From assembly GCA_017959225.1 (NCBI GenBank), contig JAGDBD010000045.1, forward strand, positions 16,965 to 80,964: a DNA stretch of 64,000 nucleotides, read 5' to 3'. Below, in pieces: positions 1-8,266 of this stretch; within the stretch, counting starts at the first letter, position 1; each line of letters begins with the position of its first letter. The notes below the pieces were generated by a model, which saw nothing but the letters and a program-made list of their open reading frames with translations, had not been told where the DNA came from and ran no database searches. The position numbers and the translations under genes were made by a program. This DNA comes from Fibrobacter sp. (GTDB lineage Bacteria > Fibrobacterota > Fibrobacteria > Fibrobacterales > Fibrobacteraceae).

Positions 1-66
1 GCAACCGCCGAATACGAGCCAACATGTGCCGATAGCTTCTGCAATAGATCTTTGGAGAAGATTCAT
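1..66 (-). CDS. aqpZ: Aquaporin Z / MIP-family channel, 5' end only (runs off the window edge)
   Basis: Reverse strand from 66 reads MNLLQRSIAEAIGTCWLVFGGC, matching the AqpZ N-terminus (AE-x-x-GT-x-WLVFGGC). An AAGGAAGGA RBS lies just upstream. Too short for the ORF track. Confidence 0.85.
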   Translation of the reverse strand, partial: MNLLQRSIAEAIGTCWLVFGGC

Positions 67-109
67 ATTTTCCTTCCTTGTAATTGTAATGGTGATTTGC
101 TTGAAATAT

Positions 110-147
110 AAAAAAGCCCCGCTCCAAAGGAAGGTTTTGGAGCGGGG
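110..147 (-). terminator. Rho-independent terminator after lysA
   Basis: Stem CCCCGCTCCAAA/TTTGGAGCGGGG with an A-run on its left, which is a U-tail on the minus strand. Confidence 0.8.
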
Positions 148-179
148 GAGTGTGATAAGCTTAACAGCGCTTTTCGAAG

Positions 180-1442
180 TTAAAGGTCAACGATTTTTTC
201 GTTTTCCATCAACTGGTCGAAGGTTTGACGTTCGCGAATCACTTCGAGCTTGCCGTTGTTCTGGAGGATTTCCGGAGCAAAACGGCGGCTGTTGTAATTG
301 CTGGACATGGCACTGCCATAGGCGCCTGCGTCGTGCAAAATAAGGTAATCGCCGACTTGAGCAGCCGGAAGCTTACGGGTGACCACGTAGCCGCCTTCTT
401 CCTGCGTAAAGACATCGCCGGATTCGCAGAGAGGTCCTGCGACGATGACGTCTCGTTCCGGGCCAAGTTCTCGACCGTCCTTGGAAACGATGGAGATGCC
501 ATGGTAGGAACCGTAGAAGGACGGGCGGACGAGATCGTTGAAACCTGCGTCAACGAGATAGAAGAGTTTATCTTCTTGCGTTTTCACTGCGCGGATTTCC
601 GAAACGAGAACGGCGCTTTCGGCAGCGATGTAACGACCCGGTTCCACTTCGAGAGCGATATCGTGCCCTACGGACTGGGCAATTGCCTTGCGGGTTTTGT
701 CCCAGAGGCTGTAGTAGGCCTGAATGTCGATGCGGTTGCCTTTGTCTTCTTCCTTGTACGGAATCAGAAGACCGCCACCTGCAGAGATCATGCGGATGTG
801 AGAACCGAGACGGCGGGATGCGTCGCGCATGGCGTCGCAGACGGTTGCCAAATGTTCAAAGTCCGTGCCGCTGCCGATATGCATGTGCAGACCGGTAATC
901 CACATACCGTTTGCCTGGGCGAGCTTCACGCAGTCTTTCAACTGGGAATGCCAAACGCCGTGCTTCGAAAGCGGTCCTCCGGTGTTTGTCTTCTTCGAAT
1001 GTCCATGGCCAAAGCCCGGGTTTACACGAAGAGTCAGGTTGGAACGGACTCCGGCGTCGGCGAGCTGCTTGATCATGTCGGCGGAACCGACGTTGACATG
1101 GATGTTGTGCTTCTTCACCAGTTCAATGGCGTCGCGGTCGAAAATATCGGCAGAGTAGACGATCTGCGGAACCTGTTTATCGCTTTCACCGCCTTTGTAA
1201 CCTGCACGGAGAGCACGAACAATTTCTCCCGCACTGACGGCGTCTACGAGTGCGCCGGCTTTTCGGACGATGGAAATGATAGAGAGGTTGGGGCAAGCTT
1301 TTTGAGCAAAACGAACTGTATCGAAGCACTTGAGTTCCTGAACGCGCTTCTCGATAGTTGATCGGTCATAAAGCCAAAAAGGGGTGCCGTATTTTGCGAC
1401 ACCCTCTCGAATTGTTTCTTCCGTAAAAAGCGGACTAGACAT
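180..1442 (-). CDS. lysA: Diaminopimelate decarboxylase
   Basis: PLP-site FAQKAC, plus HMHIGS, EPGRY, AGPLCESGD and AGAYGSAMSSNYNS. The start is moved from 1502 to ATG 1442 (MSSPLF), which overlaps the upstream stop. Confidence 0.95.
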   Translation of the reverse strand: MSSPLFTEETIREGVAKYGTPFWLYDRSTIEKRVQELKCFDTVRFAQKACPNLSIISIVRKAGALVDAVSAGEIVRALRAGYKGGESDKQVPQIVYSADIFDRDAIELVKKHNIHVNVGSADMIKQLADAGVRSNLTLRVNPGFGHGHSKKTNTGGPLSKHGVWHSQLKDCVKLAQANGMWITGLHMHIGSGTDFEHLATVCDAMRDASRRLGSHIRMISAGGGLLIPYKEEDKGNRIDIQAYYSLWDKTRKAIAQSVGHDIALEVEPGRYIAAESAVLVSEIRAVKTQEDKLFYLVDAGFNDLVRPSFYGSYHGISIVSKDGRELGPERDVIVAGPLCESGDVFTQEEGGYVVTRKLPAAQVGDYLILHDAGAYGSAMSSNYNSRRFAPEILQNNGKLEVIRERQTFDQLMENEKIVDL

Positions 1443-1926
1443 TTTTGACGCTGTTTTCGCCACCCTGACCATCAGGAACTCGGTCCGGGTTAGCCTGGTC
1501 AATTTCCCAGCTTCCGTCGAAGACGAACTTGTACTGGTAAGTACCGGCAGCGAGCTTCAATTTGATGCTCCACACGCCCTGTTCGCCCTTTTTCATTTTG
1601 GCTGGGGTCCAGTTGTTGAATTCGCCTGCGACTTCGACAGAATTGGAATCCGGGGAGTAGACGTTGAAAACGACATCCTTGAGATCCTTCTTCGTTGCCT
1701 TCGGAGAAACTTTCTTTGCAGGAGCCTTGACCGCGGCCTTCTTAGCCGGAGCTGCTTTTTCTTCGGTCTTTGCAGCGACCTTTTTCGGGGCTGCTTTTTT
1801 GGCCGGAGTCTTTGGCGCAGCGGTCTTGGCTGCAGCTGCTTTCGGTGCAGCCTTAGAAGCGACTTTTACGCTTTTTGTCGCCTTGGCTTCCTTCGTAGCT
1901 TTTGTTGTTTTCTTTGGTGTTGACAT
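1435..1926 (-). CDS. Lys/Ala/Pro-rich histone-H1-like N-terminus fused to a CBM48/AMPK-beta-type glycogen-binding (early-set) domain
   Basis: 25 Lys in the first 80 aa, with PAKK/AAPK repeats. C-terminus has VEVAGEFNNW, GVWSIKLKL and GTYQYKFVFDGSW. Confidence 0.85.
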   Translation of the reverse strand: MSTPKKTTKATKEAKATKSVKVASKAAPKAAAAKTAAPKTPAKKAAPKKVAAKTEEKAAPAKKAAVKAPAKKVSPKATKKDLKDVVFNVYSPDSNSVEVAGEFNNWTPAKMKKGEQGVWSIKLKLAAGTYQYKFVFDGSWEIDQANPDRVPDGQGGENSVKNV

Positions 1927-1988
1927 GGATCAACCTCCTTGTTCGTTGTTAACAAATAATAACAAAAAAATAATTTTCACTCAATACC

Positions 1989-1996
1989 TATATTTG
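1989..1996 (+). promoter_or_regulatory. TAnnTTTG-type promoter element upstream of rpe
   Basis: TATATTTG 5 nt before the rpe ATG, with no SD. The same 8-mer recurs at 2671 and 10563. Confidence 0.5.
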
Positions 1997-2001
1997 GAAA
2001 T

Positions 2002-2652
2002 ATGAAACAAGCTCAAATCATTGCTCCGAGCGTCTTGAACGCTGATTTTTTGAATCTCCAATCCGAACTTAATGCGATTAAAAAAGGCGGTGCCGGCCTT
2101 GTCCATCTAGACATTATGGATGGGCATTTTGTGCCGAACATCAGCTTTGGTCCCGGTATTTCGGGACTCATTGGCAAGGCAACGGATCTTCCGTTAGATT
2201 GTCACTTGATGATCGACAATCCTGAACTTTACGTAGACGAATTTGTCAAGATCGGTGCGCATTATGTGACGGTCCAGGCGGAATCCACAATTCATTTGGA
2301 CCGCATTTTGAACCGTATCCGTGAGCTGGGTGCAAAGCCCGCTGTGAGCATCAATCCGGCCACTCCGATCGAAAGCATCAAATGGGTTTTGGATGCAGTC
2401 GATATGGTGCTTGTGATGTCGGTGAATCCGGGATTCGGCGGACAGAGTTTAATCCCTTATTGCCTTGATAAAATCCGTGAATTGCGCAGTATGAAGCCGG
2501 AGCTCGATATTGAAATCGATGGTGGTGTGAAGCTCGACAATATCCTCTCTGCCAAGGAAGCCGGAGCAAACATTTTTGTCGTGGGAAGTGCGATTTTCAA
2601 GACGGATTCGCCTGAAATGACGTGCCGTAAGTTTGTTGAAACTGTTTTCTGA
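2002..2652 (+). CDS. rpe: Ribulose-phosphate 3-epimerase
   Basis: IAPSVL, HLDIMDGHFVPN, DCHLM, MSVNPGFGGQ and IDGGV motifs. Confidence 0.97.
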   Translation: MKQAQIIAPSVLNADFLNLQSELNAIKKGGAGLVHLDIMDGHFVPNISFGPGISGLIGKATDLPLDCHLMIDNPELYVDEFVKIGAHYVTVQAESTIHLDRILNRIRELGAKPAVSINPATPIESIKWVLDAVDMVLVMSVNPGFGGQSLIPYCLDKIRELRSMKPELDIEIDGGVKLDNILSAKEAGANIFVVGSAIFKTDSPEMTCRKFVETVF

Positions 2653-2670
2653 TTTTTTTTTATATTTGGT

Positions 2671-2678
2671 GCAAATTT
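2671..2678 (+). promoter_or_regulatory. TAnnTTTG-type promoter element at the start of the ape cluster
   Basis: TATATTTG in the AT-rich gap 22 nt before the ACP ATG. Confidence 0.5.
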
Positions 2679-2700
2679 TCTTTGGAATGGGTACATATAT

Positions 2701-2976
2701 ATGTCAACACTTAACACACAAATTAAAGAAGTGCTAATCAAGGCGCTTGAACTCGAAGATATCACCCCCGAAGATATCGAGGATGATGCTCCGCTGTTCG
2801 GCCAAAACAAAGAAGGTCGCGGCCTCGGTCTTGATAGTATTGACGCTCTTGAACTTGGAATCGCTATTAAGGACAACTTTGGCGTATCCTTTTCGACGGT
2901 GAACGAAGAAACTCGCAAGCATTTTGCATCGATCGACGCTCTTGCTGCATACATTTCCGCTAACAAAAAGGACTAA
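2701..2976 (+). CDS. Acyl carrier protein 1 (ApeE-like)
   Basis: Acidic 91 aa protein with the LGLDSIDALE phosphopantetheine site; first of two tandem ACPs. Confidence 0.9.
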   Translation: MSTLNTQIKEVLIKALELEDITPEDIEDDAPLFGQNKEGRGLGLDSIDALELGIAIKDNFGVSFSTVNEETRKHFASIDALAAYISANKKD

Positions 2977-2978
2977 CC

Positions 2979-3239
2979 ATGGATAAGCAACAGATCTATA
3001 ACAAAATCCGCGACGCCCTGATTGAAGATTTTGAATTGAAGCCGGAAAAGGTTGTGCCGGAAGCACGTCTTTACGAAGACTTGAACCTGGACAGTATCGA
3101 CGCTGTGGACCTGATCGTAAAACTCAAGTCCTTTATTCCGCGTAATATTGACCCGGAAGTCTTCAAGAGCATGCGTACACTGCAAGATGTGGTGGACGGC
3201 ATTTACGATCTCGCCCAAGGAACTAGCGAAGACAAATGA
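2979..3239 (+). CDS. Acyl carrier protein 2 (ApeF-like)
   Basis: LNLDSIDAVDL motif, 86 aa. Confidence 0.9.
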   Translation: MDKQQIYNKIRDALIEDFELKPEKVVPEARLYEDLNLDSIDAVDLIVKLKSFIPRNIDPEVFKSMRTLQDVVDGIYDLAQGTSEDK

Positions 3240-5545
3240 AAACCGTAGCGGGGAAGATTCTCTTCGCCGTTCTTTCGGTTCTTTATCCGGTTCTGGTTTT
3301 TTGCGGTCTCCATTTTTGGGGACTCTCGCCGCGTAAGTTGAGCCTTTTGCTGCTCCTCCTCGCGGCCTTTCATTTAATATCAGCATCGAGAAAGAAAGTT
3401 TCCGGTACGGCGTCACGCATTAAGGAAGGCTGCTTTGTAGCCTTTCTTTTGGCTTGTGGCGTCGCCGCTTTTGCGCTAGATAATGCGACTGTTCTGAAGT
3501 TTTATCCGGTCCTTGTGAACGTCGGAATGCTTTCTTTTTTTGGAGCGACGCTTTTTCGAAAACCGAGCTTTGTATTTCGGCTGGCGACTTTTGCCGACAA
3601 ACGCATTTTGCTTACCGCCGACCGGTTTTCTGTGGAGCGTTATTGCAACCGGGTCACTCTTGTCTGGTGCATCTTTTTTGTTTTAAATGGGTCTGCTGCA
3701 CTTTGGACCGTGCTTTGGGCAGACGAAAAAATATGGTCGCTTTACAACGGCCTGATTTCGTACATCCTAATGGGGATTCTTTTTATTTCCGAAATTGGGG
3801 TTCGTAAAATGAAACAAAATCAACTGCAATCTTACATTCCATTTTCCAAAATAGAAGCGGATTCGCGTCCGGACGATTCCGTGGTCTGCTTTAGCGGTGC
3901 CGGCCTTTCTTCTGAAGTGAAGACTTGGGCGGATTTCAAGGCGGATGTTTCAAAGGTTCGGGCGGCTGTCGAAGAGCAAAGCTATTCGGCTTGGATCTTG
4001 AACGCTGACGACGTTTACCACTTCCTTGTGGCGATCTTTGCCCTTTTTCAGAGTGGAAAGAAGATTCTTTTTACAGCCAATCGCCAACCGGAATTTATCC
4101 GTGAAATACGAAAACCTGATGTGGGATTTTTGAACGATACCGGTGCGGAAGGCGCTTTACAAATTCCGGAAATCATCCAAACATATTCGGCTCAAAATAC
4201 GTGGACGCCTTTTGATATTTCCAAGGCAAAAGCAGCCATGTACACCTCTGGAACCACAGGCATTCCCAAGGAAATCCCGAAGGATGGCTCTCAGTATGAA
4301 AACGAAGCCAATGCTCTTGCCGAACGTTTTGCCGCTGGATTTGCGAACCGCAATTTTTACATGACGGTGAACCATCACCATATTTACGGGATGGCGTTTT
4401 CCATTTTTGTGCCGATTTCTGCCGGGCTTCCGATTCGCCGTGTGCGTTTTGAATTCCCGGAAGAGTTGGAACAGATTGTAAAAGAACCCGCAGTAATTGT
4501 AGCAAGTCCTGCTTTTTTAAAACGTCTCGCTGCAAACCGCAAAGAACCATTGCCGTTTAAAAAGTCGCCGTTCTGGCTTTCGGCTGGGGGGCTTTTGCCG
4601 GATGACGTGGCGAATCGTGTGGAAGAAATTTCGGGTAACGGCGTTCAAGAAATTTACGGCTGCACAGAAGCTGGAGCTATTGCAACACGCCGCATCCGCG
4701 AAAAGAAATTGTGGACTCCGATTCCGCCGAATAAAGTTTCGTTTGCAGAAAACGGCTGTTTAAAAATCGATTCGTCTTATACAGAAGCCGGTGGATTTGT
4801 CACGGGAGACCTGGGAAAAATCGAATCCGATGGATCCTTTGAATTGCTCGGGCGCGCGGATTCCATTGTGAAGATCGAAGAAAAACGCATTTCTCTTCCG
4901 GAAGTCGAAAATCGTTTGCGTCAAACCGGCGTCGTTCGCGATGTGCGGGTCGTTCCGATGACGGGAAAACGTCAGTTCCTTGCTGCGGCCATTGTTTTGA
5001 ACGATGAAGGCGTTGAAAAATTCCGGAGTGTGGAAAAGAAAGACATCAATGCATTTTTTAAACAGCATCTTTCCGGATTCTTGGAAAATACGGTGCAGCC
5101 CAAAAAATGGCGTTACCTGGAAGAGCTTCCCCAAGATGCCATGGGAAAAATTAAAACACGCGAGGTACAGGCTTTGTTCGAAATCCCCGAATCCCCGAAT
5201 TTTAAAATTCTCAAGTACCACTTGGAAGGCAATTCGCTTTCTGTGAAGACCGTGATCCCGGCTGCAAGCGATTATTACGACGGACACTTCCCGGAATTTA
5301 AACTTTTGCCGGCGGTTGTTCAGATCGATTTGATTCTGCGATTCTTCCGCGGTTTTATGAAGCTTTCTTCCACTCTTGAAAGAATGCAACGGGTGAAATT
5401 TTCTAGTCCGATTTTCCCGGAGCATCCGGTGACGATCGAAGAAAACTATTCTCCGGATACAGGAAAGCTTGCATTTAAAATTGTAGCCGAAGACGGTAAA
5501 ATTTGCTCGTCGGGCACGATTGTGTTGAAAAAGGAAAACGTGTAA
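3236..5545 (+). CDS. Fusion of a membrane protein (ApeG/COG4648-like), an AMP-dependent acyl-ACP synthetase (ApeH-like) and a hotdog dehydratase (ApeI-like)
   Basis: Hydrophobic N-terminal ~190 aa (LKFYPVLVN, W...FFVLNG, WSLYNGLISY). Ligase motifs YTSGTTGIPK, YGCTE, TGDLG, GRADSIVKIEEKRISL and MGKI. C-terminal YYDGHFPEFKLLPAVVQ. Confidence 0.85.
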   Translation: MKTVAGKILFAVLSVLYPVLVFCGLHFWGLSPRKLSLLLLLLAAFHLISASRKKVSGTASRIKEGCFVAFLLACGVAAFALDNATVLKFYPVLVNVGMLSFFGATLFRKPSFVFRLATFADKRILLTADRFSVERYCNRVTLVWCIFFVLNGSAALWTVLWADEKIWSLYNGLISYILMGILFISEIGVRKMKQNQLQSYIPFSKIEADSRPDDSVVCFSGAGLSSEVKTWADFKADVSKVRAAVEEQSYSAWILNADDVYHFLVAIFALFQSGKKILFTANRQPEFIREIRKPDVGFLNDTGAEGALQIPEIIQTYSAQNTWTPFDISKAKAAMYTSGTTGIPKEIPKDGSQYENEANALAERFAAGFANRNFYMTVNHHHIYGMAFSIFVPISAGLPIRRVRFEFPEELEQIVKEPAVIVASPAFLKRLAANRKEPLPFKKSPFWLSAGGLLPDDVANRVEEISGNGVQEIYGCTEAGAIATRRIREKKLWTPIPPNKVSFAENGCLKIDSSYTEAGGFVTGDLGKIESDGSFELLGRADSIVKIEEKRISLPEVENRLRQTGVVRDVRVVPMTGKRQFLAAAIVLNDEGVEKFRSVEKKDINAFFKQHLSGFLENTVQPKKWRYLEELPQDAMGKIKTREVQALFEIPESPNFKILKYHLEGNSLSVKTVIPAASDYYDGHFPEFKLLPAVVQIDLILRFFRGFMKLSSTLERMQRVKFSSPIFPEHPVTIEENYSPDTGKLAFKIVAEDGKICSSGTIVLKKENV

Positions 5546-6285
5546 TGGATTTTAAACCTTGTGCCATTGTACCGGTGTACCGTCACGAAAATACGGTTCG
5601 TACGGTTGTCCAAAATTTGAACGCCCAGAATTTGCCGGTGATCATTGTGGATGACGGCAATACTCCTGAAGCTTTGCACGTGCTGCAACGCGTTGCACAG
5701 GAAATTCCGAATGTAATGGTTGTTTCTCACAGTGTGAACATGGGAAAGGGCGGAGCCGTTTGCACGGGCTGTAAAGAAGCTTTTAAGGCGGGCTTTACCC
5801 ATGCGCTGCAGATCGATGCGGATGGTCAACACGATCCTTCCATGATTCCGTTTTTGTTAAAAGCGGCTCGGAAGCATCCGGAGTCTTTGATCGGAGGATT
5901 TCCGCAGTACGATGCCAGCGTTCCCAAGGGCCGTGAAATCGGTCGAAAAATCACCAACTTTTGGATTGCCGTGGAAACTCTTTCTAAAGAGATCCCGGAT
6001 GCTATGTGTGGCTTCCGCGTTTACCCACTAAAGTCCACGGTGCCCGTTTTGGATAAAATCGTGACTTTCCGCATGGGATTTGATATTGAAATTTTGGTGC
6101 GCCTTGCCTGGGCGCAAGTCAAAATGCATTTTTATCCGGTGAAGGTGATTTACCCGGAAAATGGAGTTTCGAATTTCCGAATGCTTCACGACAATTTGGA
6201 AATTTCCTGGCTGCATACGCGCCTTTGCTGTGGAATGCTCCTCCGTTTGCCAAAACTTTTATTGCGAAAGAAAAAACATGGCTGA
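5545..6285 (+). CDS. Glycosyltransferase family 2 (N-terminal half of ApeJ)
   Basis: IVPVY, IIVDDGN, NMGKGGA, DADGQH and CGFRVYP. Starts at a TAATG overlap. Confidence 0.88.
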   Translation: MDFKPCAIVPVYRHENTVRTVVQNLNAQNLPVIIVDDGNTPEALHVLQRVAQEIPNVMVVSHSVNMGKGGAVCTGCKEAFKAGFTHALQIDADGQHDPSMIPFLLKAARKHPESLIGGFPQYDASVPKGREIGRKITNFWIAVETLSKEIPDAMCGFRVYPLKSTVPVLDKIVTFRMGFDIEILVRLAWAQVKMHFYPVKVIYPENGVSNFRMLHDNLEISWLHTRLCCGMLLRLPKLLLRKKKHG

Positions 6286-7240
6286 AGAACACTGGTCCCA
6301 AATTGAAGAAGCGTCGAAGGCGGCGTGGGAATTTCGCTTTATGCTGTGGGTGACGATTCACCTGCCGCGTAAACTCGTGGAATGGATCGTGGCCGTCATT
6401 GTGTTCTTTTTTTACTTGGGAGCGGCTCCAGTTCGAAAGCGTTCACGGCTATTTTTAGATCACGTTTCCAAAATGAAAGTCGAAAAGGTGCCGCCTTTTG
6501 CCGTGTATCGTCATATCCTTGCCTTTGCCCTTTCGATGATCGAAAAAATTCGAGGGTGGGCTGGGAAAATGTCCCTTTCGGAACTGGAAACGCAAAATGA
6601 TGATATTGACGAATTGGTGAACCTTCTCGATAGCGGAAAGGGTGCTTTTATCCTTTGTTCGCACTTGGGAAATATCGAAGCCATGCGCTCTTTGACAGGG
6701 TATCACAGGGAACATACCAAACGGGATTTCCAAGTTTTTCCTGTAGTGGATTTTTCGGGAACAAAGCATTTTAACGCACTTCTCCGTGAACTGAATCCGG
6801 AATTGATGACCAATAGTTTTGACGCCAATTCGATCGGTGTCGATACGGCAATCGATATGCGTGAAAAAATCCAGGCGGGAAACCTTGTGGCGATTGCAGG
6901 TGATAGAACTTCTGCTAATTCCTTAGACCGCTTTATTCCGCTGAACTTTTTAGGCGACAGTGCCCAGTTCCCGGAAGGCTCTTTTGCTTTGGCGAATATT
7001 TTAAAAGCGCCTGTCTATTTTATCTTTGCGTTCCGCAAAAAAGATTTAGACATTACGTCGCCCTATGAATTTCATATAATCCGTTCTAAAACGGAACTGG
7101 GCGGAAAACGTTCCGAACAAAAACAGCAAATGGCAAATCTCGCTGCCGAATATGTTGCCCACTTGGAAAAATTCTGCTTGGAACATCCTTACCAGTGGTA
7201 CAACTTTTACGACTTCTGGCAAAAGGGAGAATCGAAATGA
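6278..7240 (+). CDS. LpxL/HtrB-like lipid acyltransferase (C-terminal half of ApeJ)
   Basis: Starts MAEEHWSQIEE; has SHLGNIE, AGDRT and PYQWYNFYDFW. Confidence 0.85.
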   Translation: MAEEHWSQIEEASKAAWEFRFMLWVTIHLPRKLVEWIVAVIVFFFYLGAAPVRKRSRLFLDHVSKMKVEKVPPFAVYRHILAFALSMIEKIRGWAGKMSLSELETQNDDIDELVNLLDSGKGAFILCSHLGNIEAMRSLTGYHREHTKRDFQVFPVVDFSGTKHFNALLRELNPELMTNSFDANSIGVDTAIDMREKIQAGNLVAIAGDRTSANSLDRFIPLNFLGDSAQFPEGSFALANILKAPVYFIFAFRKKDLDITSPYEFHIIRSKTELGGKRSEQKQQMANLAAEYVAHLEKFCLEHPYQWYNFYDFWQKGESK

Positions 7241-7674
7241 CTGGAAAAGTTTTAAAAACCTCTGTGGATATTCAAGTTCAATTCTATGACTTGGACCCCA
7301 TGAATGTTGTTTGGCACGGCAACTATGTGAAGTACATGGAAACGGCCCGTTGCGCCCTGCTTACCAAAATTCAATACGATTACACCGAAATGGTGAAAGC
7401 GGGTTATGCTTGGCCTGTCGTGGAAATGAATCTCAAGTATATCCGCCCGCTTCGTTTTATGCAATGGGTACGTGTGGAAGTGACCCTTGTAGAATATGAA
7501 GTATGCATGAAGCTGAAGTATAGATTTATCGATATTGAAACAGGCAAAGTGGTAACCAAAGCGGAAAGCACGCAGATGGCGGTTAAAATTTCAACTCGGG
7601 AATCCCAGCTGATGACACCGGCGGATTTTGTCGCCAAGGTCGAAGCGGCAATGGCAAAGGAAGAAAATGCTTAA
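7237..7674 (+). CDS. 4-hydroxybenzoyl-CoA-thioesterase-family acyl-CoA thioesterase (ApeK-like)
   Basis: VQFYDLDPMNVVWHGNYVKY. Starts at an ATGA overlap. Confidence 0.9.
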   Translation: MTGKVLKTSVDIQVQFYDLDPMNVVWHGNYVKYMETARCALLTKIQYDYTEMVKAGYAWPVVEMNLKYIRPLRFMQWVRVEVTLVEYEVCMKLKYRFIDIETGKVVTKAESTQMAVKISTRESQLMTPADFVAKVEAAMAKEENA

Positions 7675-8266
7675 AACTCTTTTCACGGTGATTGTTGCTT
7701 GCCAAGCAATGCTTTGGGCAGCGGATGCGGCGATTTGGAAGTCTCCGGCGAATGTGGATTCTCCGGAAGTTCAAAAAGTAATGCAGGTGCTTTCTGCCGC
7801 GGAAACGGTGAGCGGCACCTTTGTTCAAAAGCGGACCGTTGTGAAAATCAAACGGACTTTTGAATCCACGGGCCGTTTTAAAATTTCCCAAAAAGAAGGC
7901 ATCACTTGGGATATGGAAAAGCCTTTTGCGTCTAAACTCGTCATTACGGATTCTAAAATCGTTCAGACGAATGAGGACGGTTCTCAAGTAGAAATGGCGT
8001 CTTCGGAAAATGTCATCTTTAGAGAAATTGCGGCTTCGATGAGAGCGGTTCTCGGTGGAAATCTCGCCGTTTTACAGAATCGTTTTGAACTGTATTTTTT
8101 GAAAACGAAAAACGGTTGGAATGTGGGACTTGTTCCCAAAGAAAAAACGATTCGATCTGCGATCTCTTCCATCGTTCTTGAAGGCGATGGGAATTTGAAA
8201 AAAGTGGAACTTGTCGATGGCGAAGGAAATGTGTTGACTTATGAATTTGAACAATCTGGAAAATAA
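7667..8266 (+). CDS. LolA-like periplasmic carrier (ApeL-like)
   Basis: Signal peptide, then GTFVQKR...STGRF...ITWDMEKPF, and a position between the thioesterase and MMPL genes. Confidence 0.8.
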   Translation: MLKTLFTVIVACQAMLWAADAAIWKSPANVDSPEVQKVMQVLSAAETVSGTFVQKRTVVKIKRTFESTGRFKISQKEGITWDMEKPFASKLVITDSKIVQTNEDGSQVEMASSENVIFREIAASMRAVLGGNLAVLQNRFELYFLKTKNGWNVGLVPKEKTIRSAISSIVLEGDGNLKKVELVDGEGNVLTYEFEQSGK

